A stretch of DNA of 64,000 bases from Gammaproteobacteria bacterium (GTDB lineage: Bacteria > Pseudomonadota > Gammaproteobacteria > JBCCGL01), in contig OZ255836.1 of the NCBI GenBank assembly GCA_965277715.1, positions 2,368,001 to 2,432,000 on the forward strand, read 5' to 3'. The position numbers and the translations under genes were made by a program. This document shows, piece by piece, positions 1 to 10,389 of this stretch; the first letter of the stretch is position 1, and each line of letters begins with the position of its first letter. Under the pieces are notes generated by a model. The model did not search any database. It saw only the letters and a list, made by a program, of their open reading frames with translations, and had not been told where the DNA came from.

Positions 1-102
1 TAATTTCATATTGTCGAACATGTAGGTGTTGTTTTTTAATGTGTTGGCCTCGATTGCGGCTTCCACATCGATCATTACGACGACGCCGAGTTGTTGGCTC
101 AT
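1..102 (-). CDS. Partial (runs off window) small protein, paralog of 177..617; AidA/PixA-like
   Basis: ATG at 102 behind GAGGAGG RBS; MSQQLGVVVMIDVEAAIEANTLKNNTYMFDNMKL shares the DVxxA...N..xxDN pattern with the 177..617 protein. Confidence 0.6.
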   Translation of the reverse strand, partial: MSQQLGVVVMIDVEAAIEANTLKNNTYMFDNMKL

Positions 103-176
103 AGCCTTTCCTCCTCAATTAAAATTGTGTTGCTACTAAAAATACTAAAATACTGTACTGACGGTATGTTTCAGGC

Positions 177-617
177 CTACGCCTTAATACATTTCAAAGA
201 CGGTGTATCGACAGACATAATGCTGTTAACCCCCCCATACATCTGCAACTCCAGGTGGTATTTATACTCAACACCCGGCACCATCCAGTAAGGCACAATG
301 CCCTCCCAGACATTTAGGTGAATAGTGTCACCTTCAGCATTCACCCGGTCTGTTGAGGTTTCTTCAAGGCTATAGCCATCAGGTCCTATAAAAGAAATTC
401 GCCGGATGGCAACAGGCGTCTGCAGGTCGAGCGCCACCATATGCCAATAGATGGTCTGCCCTGGGGAACACAGCGTACATAAATCAGCCGTTCCCTGATC
501 CAGGCTAGAATAAGGACTGTTATCCATCATGCAGAGGTTGCCATTTAATAGCGTTCCACCTGAAAGTGCCTCTATGACATCGGTAACACAAAAGATAGTT
601 ATTTTTGATTTCATCAT
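177..617 (-). CDS. Hypothetical protein, AidA/PixA inclusion-body-like family
   Basis: ATG at 617 behind AGGAG; motifs MDNS..QGT..L.T.C..GQ.I.W resemble AidA/PixA; family call is from memory. Confidence 0.55.
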   Translation of the reverse strand: MMKSKITIFCVTDVIEALSGGTLLNGNLCMMDNSPYSSLDQGTADLCTLCSPGQTIYWHMVALDLQTPVAIRRISFIGPDGYSLEETSTDRVNAEGDTIHLNVWEGIVPYWMVPGVEYKYHLELQMYGGVNSIMSVDTPSLKCIKA

Positions 618-645
618 TGTTCTCCTGATAAAGTTAAAAACTGCA

Positions 646-2217
646 TTAAAATACATCCCTGACAAAAGGCACTTTCCCTAATGGTGTTCTGAAAATTTCA
701 TCGGACCATCGGTTAACCAATTTAATGTCAAAACAGTATCCTGTATTGTCGAGATAACCGGTATTCGCCTCCCCTCTGTTGAATATTGACAATGCACTCG
801 GTAAAGCACCGAAAAACAAATGTTTTATTCCTTCGGGATCAAGCCTGTTTTTCATTTGTGGCGCCAAATTATCAGCGTTGTCTACCGACGCTATTAACAA
901 TAAGGTTTTTGTTTTTCGGTTATTTAAAAATTGAATTTCATGCGCCTGGGTTTCCAGGTCAAAAATACCCGCTGCTTTTAATCCGTGACACAAGGCGGCA
1001 TAAACCGGGGAAGCAGGAAATTGCGTATCACCAAGATGAATCACATCACCACTGCGACCCAGGAATTCAAATTGTTGGGTTTTCAATCCCGGCCCACCCA
1101 AATTGGGCCGACGGATCACCCGATCCCCTGATTTAAACCTTAAAAACGGCGTTTCATGGGCATGCAGACGGGTAACAACCAATTCGCCTTCCTCCCCTTC
1201 GGCGACCCAACGCCCCTGCTCATCGACCACCTCGACCAGATGCAGGCCTGGCACTGCGCTCAAATAAGGCGATTGCGGCGTTAGCTGTAAACCGATGGCT
1301 TCATTTTGAACCGTGGCAAAGTAACTGAGGATAGTGATATTGGGGTAAAGCGCTTTGAGTTCCTGCCGCTTGCGATGCGGTAACACCCCACTGCCGTACA
1401 TGGCAACCCGAAAGCTCTCCCTCGCTTCCGGGGTCAGGCCAATACCGAGATCAACCAATATGGCGATACCGGCAGAAATGGCCATAATCGCTTTCGGTCC
1501 CTTGTATGACATCATATGCTGGTAGACTTCCAGGGCCATGGGGCCTGCGCCAATATAGTTAATGCCCGGGATATTTTGTAACACGCCACCCACCATGGTG
1601 CCGCTACTCCACATTTGAAAATCTGCCAGGGTGGTAGCTACCCACTTGGGATCATCCCCTGCCAGGTAATCACGCAGCATATAGTTGCCGATAAAATCAC
1701 CGGCAAGTTTGTAGGTATCCTGCAACTCCCTCAACGAATAGACCATTTCCACCGGCGCACCTTCTGTGGTGCCACCACTGGCGACTATTTCGAAACCACC
1801 GTAATTTAATGGCACAACCATTCCAGGTCTCGTGCCCATAAAAAAATCACCCATGATTTTTTTGTCGGAAACAGGTAATTGCTGCCATTCTTCAAAATTT
1901 CGAGGCGCAGATTTCAACCCTGAGCACGCAATCAATTCCTTCCAAAGAGGATTGAGCATTGCGGTATTGGTCATTTGCTGTAAGCGCCGCAGCACCAATG
2001 CATTTTGAACCGCGTGGTCAATTTCACTGTAGGGCGCCTTAAAAAAACGCTCGCATTGTTTTATTTTTTCCATAAACGAGGGTAGCTTCGCCACCTCATC
2101 AATTGATTTTGGTATCAATTCTCTGGTAGGTATTAGCTGTGCAATCTTCTCTTCAATCGTTTTACCATCCTGGACGACAGGGTTTAGAAGGGTGTCTTTT
2201 GCACCGGATTTAGCCAT
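646..2217 (-). CDS. Adenylate-forming enzyme, phenylacetate-CoA ligase/LuxE-like
   Basis: ASGGTTEG P-loop-like motif, GELVVTRL, RFKSGD, FLGRSGD (PaaK-like motifs). Confidence 0.75.
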   Translation of the reverse strand: MAKSGAKDTLLNPVVQDGKTIEEKIAQLIPTRELIPKSIDEVAKLPSFMEKIKQCERFFKAPYSEIDHAVQNALVLRRLQQMTNTAMLNPLWKELIACSGLKSAPRNFEEWQQLPVSDKKIMGDFFMGTRPGMVVPLNYGGFEIVASGGTTEGAPVEMVYSLRELQDTYKLAGDFIGNYMLRDYLAGDDPKWVATTLADFQMWSSGTMVGGVLQNIPGINYIGAGPMALEVYQHMMSYKGPKAIMAISAGIAILVDLGIGLTPEARESFRVAMYGSGVLPHRKRQELKALYPNITILSYFATVQNEAIGLQLTPQSPYLSAVPGLHLVEVVDEQGRWVAEGEEGELVVTRLHAHETPFLRFKSGDRVIRRPNLGGPGLKTQQFEFLGRSGDVIHLGDTQFPASPVYAALCHGLKAAGIFDLETQAHEIQFLNNRKTKTLLLIASVDNADNLAPQMKNRLDPEGIKHLFFGALPSALSIFNRGEANTGYLDNTGYCFDIKLVNRWSDEIFRTPLGKVPFVRDVF

Positions 2218-2238
2218 AAGGTGTTTCCTCTTGTTAAT

Positions 2239-3792
2239 TTAACGCGTACCCATTAATTTTTGTGTCAGCAGTGCCTGCCCTGCCCGCCTGATTTCATCAA
2301 GTAACATATTAAAATGACGAATGTCGGCCTCGTGGTTCATAAAAACCACGCGCAGAGCGCCTGTATTATTAATATCAACCTTGGAGATAAAAAATGTCCC
2401 TTCAGATTTAATTCTATTTCTGATGGCAACCTGAAAATCGGGAAAAATGATGGCATTAAAGTTTTGGGGTAAGTACTGGAAAACCAGGATATTCGCTTCC
2501 GGTTTATGCAGGACAGTAAAATCCTGTTGTCGCTGAAGTGTCCGGTATGCCTGCCAGGTAAGCTCACACAGGTATTCAATTTTATCGGCGAATACGCTTT
2601 TTCCGTACAGTGCCCACAATACCCAAAGCGCCATAATCATGGGCCTTTTGGTGCACTCAAAATTCTTTTCAGCACTGTCAAATTCGGTATAAATATCTGG
2701 TTTTTTTTCAAACACATAACTGGCTTCCTGGTGAAAAGCACCATAGCTTTTTTCTTTGTTTTTATAAAAAAGCAACGTGCATGGCGCGGGCACAAACATC
2801 ATTTTGTGCGCATCCCAGATAAACGAATCCGCCTTTTCAATACCTTTCAGTTTATGCCGGTGTTTATCGGCAACCAGTAAGCTGGCACCGTGCGCACCGT
2901 CAACGTGGAACCAGATATTCTTTTCCTGGGTAATCTCCGCCAGTTCATCAATTGGATCAAAAGCGCCAATAGATGTATTCCCTGCCGAAGCCACCAGACA
3001 AAAGACCTCTAACCCCCGTTTCTGTGCGGCATTAAGGGTGGGCCTGACTTTTTCTATACAAATTTGCCGCGCCCGGTTAATCGGCAACCGGACGATTTGC
3101 TCCTCACCAATGCCCAGAATGCCCGCAGCCCGGCTGACGCTGTAATGGGCATCATCACTGATAGCAATAGCCGGACGGGGCTGCCCACTCAAAGCAGGCA
3201 TTCCCTCAGACCAGACATGAGGAAAGCGGTCATTCCTGGCGGCTAAAATAGCGGTTAAGCTGGCCAGCGATCCACCGGAGGTGGTCACCATAGTGAAATG
3301 TCCGGGTTCCCAACCAATAAACTGATTCAGTTCATCCGCCATAATGCGTTCAGCCACATTTGGCAGTTGTGCCGCTTCATAGAAAGAGGCAGGTTGGTTG
3401 ACCGTGGCACTGATAAAATCGATTACGCTGGCCAAAGGAATGACACCGGAAAATTGCCGCCCCATATACCCTGGGGAATGCACCTGAATCCCCGTTTTAA
3501 TATATAAATCGATAATTTCCTCCAGTTTCTTTTCATCCATAAAATCAATCTCTGCATGACTGTCGATCATCAGTTTTTTTGCCTCCTGCAATAATGTAAG
3601 AGGGTCAGTCAACTCAAGCCCTCTGATGGAGGTATCGTTTAGATAGTTCTCCAGTTTGGTAATAGCAAGCTCCGCATGTTTTCGAAACGATTGATAACCG
3701 AGGGCATCGTGCCTGGTGTTTGTGCGCTTATCTGCATTGTCTCTGTTGACAAAATAATGCTGACAGGCGTCTATGGCATTTAGGTTATTCAT
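2239..3792 (-). CDS. PLP-dependent group II decarboxylase (DABA/aromatic amino acid decarboxylase family)
   Basis: TSGGSLA, AHYSV, HVDGAHG, WDAHKMM (PLP lysine); start moved to 3792 because the longer ORF runs into a repeat. Confidence 0.88.
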   Translation of the reverse strand: MNNLNAIDACQHYFVNRDNADKRTNTRHDALGYQSFRKHAELAITKLENYLNDTSIRGLELTDPLTLLQEAKKLMIDSHAEIDFMDEKKLEEIIDLYIKTGIQVHSPGYMGRQFSGVIPLASVIDFISATVNQPASFYEAAQLPNVAERIMADELNQFIGWEPGHFTMVTTSGGSLASLTAILAARNDRFPHVWSEGMPALSGQPRPAIAISDDAHYSVSRAAGILGIGEEQIVRLPINRARQICIEKVRPTLNAAQKRGLEVFCLVASAGNTSIGAFDPIDELAEITQEKNIWFHVDGAHGASLLVADKHRHKLKGIEKADSFIWDAHKMMFVPAPCTLLFYKNKEKSYGAFHQEASYVFEKKPDIYTEFDSAEKNFECTKRPMIMALWVLWALYGKSVFADKIEYLCELTWQAYRTLQRQQDFTVLHKPEANILVFQYLPQNFNAIIFPDFQVAIRNRIKSEGTFFISKVDINNTGALRVVFMNHEADIRHFNMLLDEIRRAGQALLTQKLMGTR

Positions 3793-3816
3793 TTTAATTA
3801 CCGGAAAAAAAACTGA

Positions 3817-3957
3817 AGGAATGTGCATTGAATAATTTACGTTTTTATAATATTTTTTGAAAAACCAGACACTTTTTAATAGCGCACTCAAGCCAGCTCA
3901 GTTATAAGGTAAATCAATGAATTTACGAATCCCGTAATTTATTTAGTGCACGTTCCT
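3817..3957. repeat. MITE-like repeat family B (~120-140 bp), copy 1
   Basis: Ends AGGAATGTGCA...TGCACGTTCCT are inverted; interior matches 8483-8604 and 26309-26448. Confidence 0.7.
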
Positions 3958-3996
3958 AATAAATTACCCCTGGATAATCCAGAATTTTTCTACATA

Positions 3997-5198
<1,202 letters not shown>

Positions 5199-5257
5199 TT
5201 TTTAGTTCCATATAATTCTGGCATACCTTATTAGCGCAGAATCAATTGTGGTGCATA

Positions 5258-5435
5258 AACCTAAATTCCTCAGTTGAATCTACTGCGAGCACCTAATGCA
5301 CAGAATCTAAAGCGTTTTTACCCGCATTTTAGCAATCCTGTAGAATCACTACAGGATTGCTAAAATGCGGGTAAAAACACTTCATCTTCAGCACCTTAGA
5401 CGCCCTCACTACGATTCAACTGCGGAATTTAGGTT
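5258..5435. mobile_element. MITE family A, complete 178-bp copy
   Basis: 23-bp TIR AACCTAAATTCC(T/G)CAGTTGAATC...GATTCAACTGCGGAATTTAGGTT and a long central palindrome TTTTTACCCGCATTTTAGCAATCCTGTAG..CTACAGGATTGCTAAAATGCGGGTAAAAA. Confidence 0.85.
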
Positions 5436-5495
5436 AAAGCTTATAAACGAAGAACCTGCCGGGTTTAGCCATTCCTCGCGAAGGAAAGACCGTTT

Positions 5496-6203
5496 TTAAC
5501 CACCACTCCGATACACACCGATATGGCGTGAAAAAAACAAATTATCGGGCGCCCAGACAACTACCTTATCCCTGCCGCTGGTTTTCGCACGGTAAAGTGC
5601 CTTATCCGCTTTTACGATTGTCATATCGCCGTCATCTTCCGGCGCCCAGGCTGCCACGCCAATAGACGCGCTAATGGAAATTGAATGCCCACTGCAAAAA
5701 GTGAATTTGTTCTCTCTGATACTCCGGCAGAGTCTTGTGGCGTATTGCTTTGCTTCCTCAACAGAGGTTTTAGGTAGTAATAAAATAAACTCCTCACCAC
5801 CAAACCGACCGCAGGCATCGCTCTCCCGGCTATTGGCCTGTAACAGTTCGGCAACCCTCTGAATCACCCGATCACCAATAGGGTGGCCATGGTTATCGTT
5901 TACCTGTTTAAAAAAATCAATATCCAGAATAATAATACTGAAAACATCATCATAACGTTTGGCCCGGGCAAGCTCATCCGTGTATTTTTCATTAAAGGCA
6001 CGCCTGTTTAACAGCTTCGTTAAAAAATCGGTATCCGCCAATTCCTTTAGATTTTTCTCAATGCTGCTCCGTACTACAGCTTCAGCTTTTAATCGTTGAT
6101 TTGAAACAGCCAGCCAAACCACCGCAACAGCCATAACAGAAAACGACAAAAAAATTAATATTTTTAAATCAAATACCACAGCTGAAAGCGCCAATAACAT
6201 CAT
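5496..6203 (-). CDS. Membrane-anchored diguanylate cyclase (GGDEF)
   Basis: N-terminal hydrophobic helices; DFLTKLLNRR, DIDFFKQVND, RESD I-site, RFGGEEF. Confidence 0.92.
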   Translation of the reverse strand: MMLLALSAVVFDLKILIFLSFSVMAVAVVWLAVSNQRLKAEAVVRSSIEKNLKELADTDFLTKLLNRRAFNEKYTDELARAKRYDDVFSIIILDIDFFKQVNDNHGHPIGDRVIQRVAELLQANSRESDACGRFGGEEFILLLPKTSVEEAKQYATRLCRSIRENKFTFCSGHSISISASIGVAAWAPEDDGDMTIVKADKALYRAKTSGRDKVVVWAPDNLFFSRHIGVYRSGG

Positions 6204-6312
6204 CCAAAAAAAAAATAAAACCTGAAAATGTGCATAGAAAGCACAAAAAATTAATTTTTTTATGCAAACAATTTAACTAATCCGTATTAAATTAAAGGGG
6301 TTTCTAAGTGCG

Positions 6313-6981
6313 CTATTTTGGGTACTTTGCGTGATCGTTTATCAGTTCAAGGCGCCTGATTCTTTTTGTAGCATCATCCAGTTTTAATTGAATTAGTTCG
6401 CGTTCACTCTGCTCTTTTTGAATAACTGCTTTAAAAAGGCTATCTATCTCACGGCTACCTAACATGTTATTTTTTAGGTGGTCCATTTTCTTATGGAGAT
6501 CGGCCACAGCCAAAAGAGCGCGTTCAGCGGTTGTGGCAACCTGGGAAATTTTACTGTCCGTTTGGACGAATGGCCGGGTGCTCTTTTCAAGAAACTTCAT
6601 GCGCTGATCAAACCTGGCACTGGAGGTTACCAATGTCTTGATTTCCATACTGCTATTTTCCAGTGCCTCCAGTGCTTTCAGAGCCGCATCTATTTCTGGA
6701 TGACCGGTAGTCTCGTGATTCAATACACTCGACGCCAATCGGCGGGCCTCGTCTTCATGGTCGCTGTCCAATCTTTCAATCTGGCTTCGGATAGGATCAA
6801 CCTGTGAATTTATCAACCACATTACCCCGGATAAAATGACCACAAGCAAGGTGGCCATTGTGCCGATATAAGAGGCAGGTAGTTTGCCACTGGCTACCTG
6901 CAACGTGGTTACCTGAATAGAAAGTTCCTTGACTTCGTTTTTTATCTGTGAAAATTCATCGGCTGATATGTCGTCGGTCAT
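6313..6981 (-). CDS. Hypothetical single-TM coiled-coil protein
   Basis: 222 aa; GGAG RBS; one TM (MATLLVVILSGVMWLI) followed by heptad-rich helices. Confidence 0.7.
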   Translation of the reverse strand: MTDDISADEFSQIKNEVKELSIQVTTLQVASGKLPASYIGTMATLLVVILSGVMWLINSQVDPIRSQIERLDSDHEDEARRLASSVLNHETTGHPEIDAALKALEALENSSMEIKTLVTSSARFDQRMKFLEKSTRPFVQTDSKISQVATTAERALLAVADLHKKMDHLKNNMLGSREIDSLFKAVIQKEQSERELIQLKLDDATKRIRRLELINDHAKYPK

Positions 6982-7168
6982 TAACTATTACTCCACTTCT
7001 TATAGTCGTTTTATAAACAGTAAATAGCCATGAGGTCTGTATTGAACGGGTAATTCATTCACTTAGCACCTATGGTTAAAACGGTAGAAAATTTCATTTT
7101 TTTATCTTTTCAAAAAAGCGATGAAATACCGTGATAGCGTACCGTGACAGGACTGCCAATAAATTGCT

Positions 7169-7603
7169 TTAGACTTTCCGGGTGTCGGTTTTTTTGGTTT
7201 TATCAAACGAACGCATACCGGCAATACCCAGCATACCGGTGATAATGGTATAGAGCATTTGTGGTTCCATTTGCGGTGGTGGTGATACCGGGTCGAGCCA
7301 CAATAACATAGGGTAAACAATAAACTGATAAGCCAGGGCTATCGCCCCGATCCAGCCGATAGCCGGTCGCCAACCGGCGACAAACAAGTTACCACTGCGG
7401 GCCTCTTCTTTATTCACTTCGGTTTGGGCAACGTTTTGCTGGGCAACCAGTTGGGCTTCTTTATAGTCGTATTCGCGCTTTGCCTTAAATCGCTCCAGTT
7501 GTTGCTCTAAACGCTCTTCATCAGACGTAAACAGCTTGTCCACCACGCCGCCCACCGCTTCAACGACGTTACCACCTTGAAATAATGTACTCAGAAAACT
7601 CAT
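7169..7603 (-). CDS. Holin, GTA-type 3TM family
   Basis: DKLFTSDEER, N..EA...FVAGWRPAIGW, GMLGIAGMRSFDK signature. Confidence 0.88.
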   Translation of the reverse strand: MSFLSTLFQGGNVVEAVGGVVDKLFTSDEERLEQQLERFKAKREYDYKEAQLVAQQNVAQTEVNKEEARSGNLFVAGWRPAIGWIGAIALAYQFIVYPMLLWLDPVSPPPQMEPQMLYTIITGMLGIAGMRSFDKTKKTDTRKV

Positions 7604-8088
7604 GATGCAGCCCCCAATGCCCGGTTAATCCAACCGAGTAAAAAACGTCGTTGTGAACTATTGCGTTGGCAGATGGCGACATAGCGCGCAATCTTGGCCA
7701 GTGTAAACTGGGCGATAAACGACCCGTTGTTTACCTGCTGTAAACTCGCGACGGTTTGATTGCCGATAATGCCGTCTACGGGTTCGATATCCAGAGCCAA
7801 CTGCACCAATCTTGCAGTGGTGCGCGGCCCCATATTGACAGCGGTATCAAAAATTGCTTCGGCAATAGCCTGGTCATTTATCGCATCACCCTGGATTTTG
7901 TCCCAGTAATCCGCTTTATAAATCTCTTTCGCCTGAGTCTCGCTCAGGTTGCGAATATCGACATTAGGGTAACTGCGTTGAGAAATGCCGTAACGGGTCA
8001 ACCCTCCTCTATCATTGGGGTCATCGGTAATTTTTGCCCCCCCTTCATGAATCAGGGTTTTGACAACGGCCTGTTCGAAATTAGCCAT
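7600..8088 (-). CDS. Glycoside hydrolase family 108 muramidase with peptidoglycan-binding C-terminus
   Basis: HEGG...DDPNDRGGLTRYGI, YW, FDTAVNMG, VDGIIG..T, FLLGWINR. Confidence 0.92.
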   Translation of the reverse strand: MANFEQAVVKTLIHEGGAKITDDPNDRGGLTRYGISQRSYPNVDIRNLSETQAKEIYKADYWDKIQGDAINDQAIAEAIFDTAVNMGPRTTARLVQLALDIEPVDGIIGNQTVASLQQVNNGSFIAQFTLAKIARYVAICQRNSSQRRFLLGWINRALGAAS

Positions 8089-8482
8089 AAAGTGCGTCTC
8101 CTGGTGTCAGCGATGCTTTATTACACCGCCTACTGTATAAAATAATGTACCTTCAGTGATTGCTATGTTTTTTTATAAACACCACGCTACCGCCCTACAA
8201 ATGTACATGTATGAAATAAAAAATATATTTGAATTATTTCCGTGATTAGATAATCACGGAGGGCAAAAACCACCTGATCGATGTTTTGATAAACCCAGGC
8301 ACTTCGCTTCGCCGCTCAGCGTTCAAGTGCTGGGCAAAATTCGAGTATAGGCAAATGGAATTTTCAAATTTCATATTTTTTCACTAATTTTTCATATTTT
8401 GTCATTGTTTTTTATCCATAAAGGTTGTTAAAATTATTTTTAATATCCCTAAATGAATGAAGGTTTCTTTCCCATTAAATCA

Positions 8483-8686
8483 AGAAATGCGCACGAAATA
8501 AGTTCCGGGATTTGTAAATGCATCGATTTGTTTTATTGCTGAGTTGGTTGGGCGTGTTATTTAAATAACACGATAAAAGCGGGAATTATCTCGTGTACGC
8601 TCCTTATCTTGCTTTTATCAGTCTTTGTATTAGTCGCTTATTGGCTGGTATAGAATAAAAGCGGAAATTATTTCATGCACATTCCT
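8483..8686. repeat. MITE-like family B copy (8483-8604) plus an extra right end (8655-8686)
   Basis: GCGCACGAAATAAGTTCCGGGATTTGTAAATGCA is the near reverse complement of the 26405-26446 segment. Confidence 0.7.
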
Positions 8687-8798
8687 TAGCTCACAACATG
8701 TTTATACAACACATTAGCCCCATGCTCAGTCACGCTCTACTCAAAGTTATCTGCAACGAAAGAGACATACACCATGGCAAGTGACCGTCTACTTGAAT

Positions 8799-9653
8799 CT
8801 AAAAAAACCTCGCCTCAGCCAACACCCCAACTCCACCATCAACAGCATTCGCCCAAAGCACCATTTTCTCTCCCTCCCATTTTCCAGAAAACACAATCGA
8901 TGCTGTATCAAACAGTGGGGATACCGCCCGAAATGAATAGTGGCTAATCATATTAGCCGGATTCGCCTGCACCGCCAGCTCAAACAATAACGTACCACTC
9001 AATGGGCCATGAAAAACCAACCCTGGATAGCCTTCAATATCCCGACAGTAGTCCTTGTCGTAATGGATGCGGTGCCCATTAAACGTCAACGCCGAATAGC
9101 GAAATAACTGTATGGGATCGGGGGAGTGTTCCCGCGTCCACTCAGGGTTTTCCGGTATTGCCAGTGGCGGTGCCTGAACGGCACCCGGCACCGGGTCTTC
9201 GCGGTAGACAATATCCTGCTGCTCGGTGAAACGACACTCACCGTCAACACATAATTCATGCTGTACGGTCACAAAACACAGTGTCCCGCTACGGCCTGAT
9301 TTCACTGCGACATTGTTGATCGTCGACACTTTGGTAACACGTTCACCGATTATCAATGGTTTGTGAAAAGTAAACCGCCCACCGGCCCACATGCGCCGTG
9401 GCAGCGCAACCGGCGGCATAAATCCCCCCAGTTTTGGATGACCTTCACGCCCCAGTGAGGACAGTGGTACAGTCTCTGGAAAATAAACCCAGTGCCACAG
9501 CCCAGGCAGCGGATCGCCCTCCTGCAAACTGGCCTCACGATCCAGCGTCACCTGTAGCATACGCGCCTGACGCGCATCGATAACATCCACACACCGCTCG
9601 GTTTTCCCCAGCCACTGCTTTAACACGGCCTCATCAAGACTCAATTGACTCAC
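8799..9653 (-). CDS. Double hot-dog acyl-CoA hydratase (mesaconyl/itaconyl-CoA hydratase-like)
   Basis: LPRRMWAGG, EQQDIVYR, LFRYSALTFNGHRIHYD, YPGLVFHGPL. Confidence 0.85.
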   Translation of the reverse strand: MSQLSLDEAVLKQWLGKTERCVDVIDARQARMLQVTLDREASLQEGDPLPGLWHWVYFPETVPLSSLGREGHPKLGGFMPPVALPRRMWAGGRFTFHKPLIIGERVTKVSTINNVAVKSGRSGTLCFVTVQHELCVDGECRFTEQQDIVYREDPVPGAVQAPPLAIPENPEWTREHSPDPIQLFRYSALTFNGHRIHYDKDYCRDIEGYPGLVFHGPLSGTLLFELAVQANPANMISHYSFRAVSPLFDTASIVFSGKWEGEKMVLWANAVDGGVGVLAEARFF

Positions 9654-9673
9654 ACCACCCCCATTTTGAAAGT

Positions 9674-10276
9674 TCACCCTTCACGCCGCCACACCAAAAT
9701 ACGGTTATTCGCTGGCATGGCATAATCCCGCAACAGCGAAAATCCCACCGCTACCGCCAGTTGATCGACATCTTCAAAATTGCGAATGCCGCTTAAAGGG
9801 TCGCGTTGACGCAACATTGCATCAAACTGTCGATTACTTTCGCTCGTGTACTGATTGTTGTAGTTAAACGGGCCGTACATAATTAATTTGGCGCCTGGTG
9901 ATGCGACATTAACAAGCCCCTCAAACAAGTGAATAACGTGTTGCCAGGACATGATATGAATGGCATTGGCACAAAACACACCGCCGACGGTCATGGCAGG
10001 CCATTGTTTACTGCCAACATCCAGTTCAAGTGGTGGTGGCAGTTTGTCGCTCCCCGCGTGCTCGATCCAGGCGCGAATGCCGGGGAGGTTTTCCGCCAGC
10101 TCGGTTGTCTGCCAGTTTAAATGCGGCATTTTTTCGGCAAAAAATACGGCGTGCTGGCCTGTGCCACTGCTTATTTCCAGTACATTCTGTGGCTCGCTGA
10201 GCTGCTCTTTTAATACGTCGAGTATGGGTTGTTTATTTTGATCGCAGGCGGCTGCATAAGGTCGGTTTTTGGTCAC
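9674..10276 (-). CDS. DUF938 SAM-dependent methyltransferase-like protein
   Basis: ACDQNKQPIL, VLEISSGTGQHA, YGPF, SN..FD..LR, MPANN. Confidence 0.88.
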   Translation of the reverse strand: MTKNRPYAAACDQNKQPILDVLKEQLSEPQNVLEISSGTGQHAVFFAEKMPHLNWQTTELAENLPGIRAWIEHAGSDKLPPPLELDVGSKQWPAMTVGGVFCANAIHIMSWQHVIHLFEGLVNVASPGAKLIMYGPFNYNNQYTSESNRQFDAMLRQRDPLSGIRNFEDVDQLAVAVGFSLLRDYAMPANNRILVWRREG

Positions 10277-10389
10277 TACCTGCTCCTGACAAGTACGATG
10301 TGAATATTTATTGTATACCGCCTGCTTGTTCGCAGACCAAAAAAAGGCGGCCAATTGGCCGCCAAATAGCGTTACGGGGCGTGCAAGCC

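Noticed and set aside
3793-3891. Longer N-terminus for the decarboxylase
   Set aside because: Lies mostly within a family B repeat
6313-8088. Prophage
   Set aside because: No capsid, tail, terminase, integrase or repressor genes in the window
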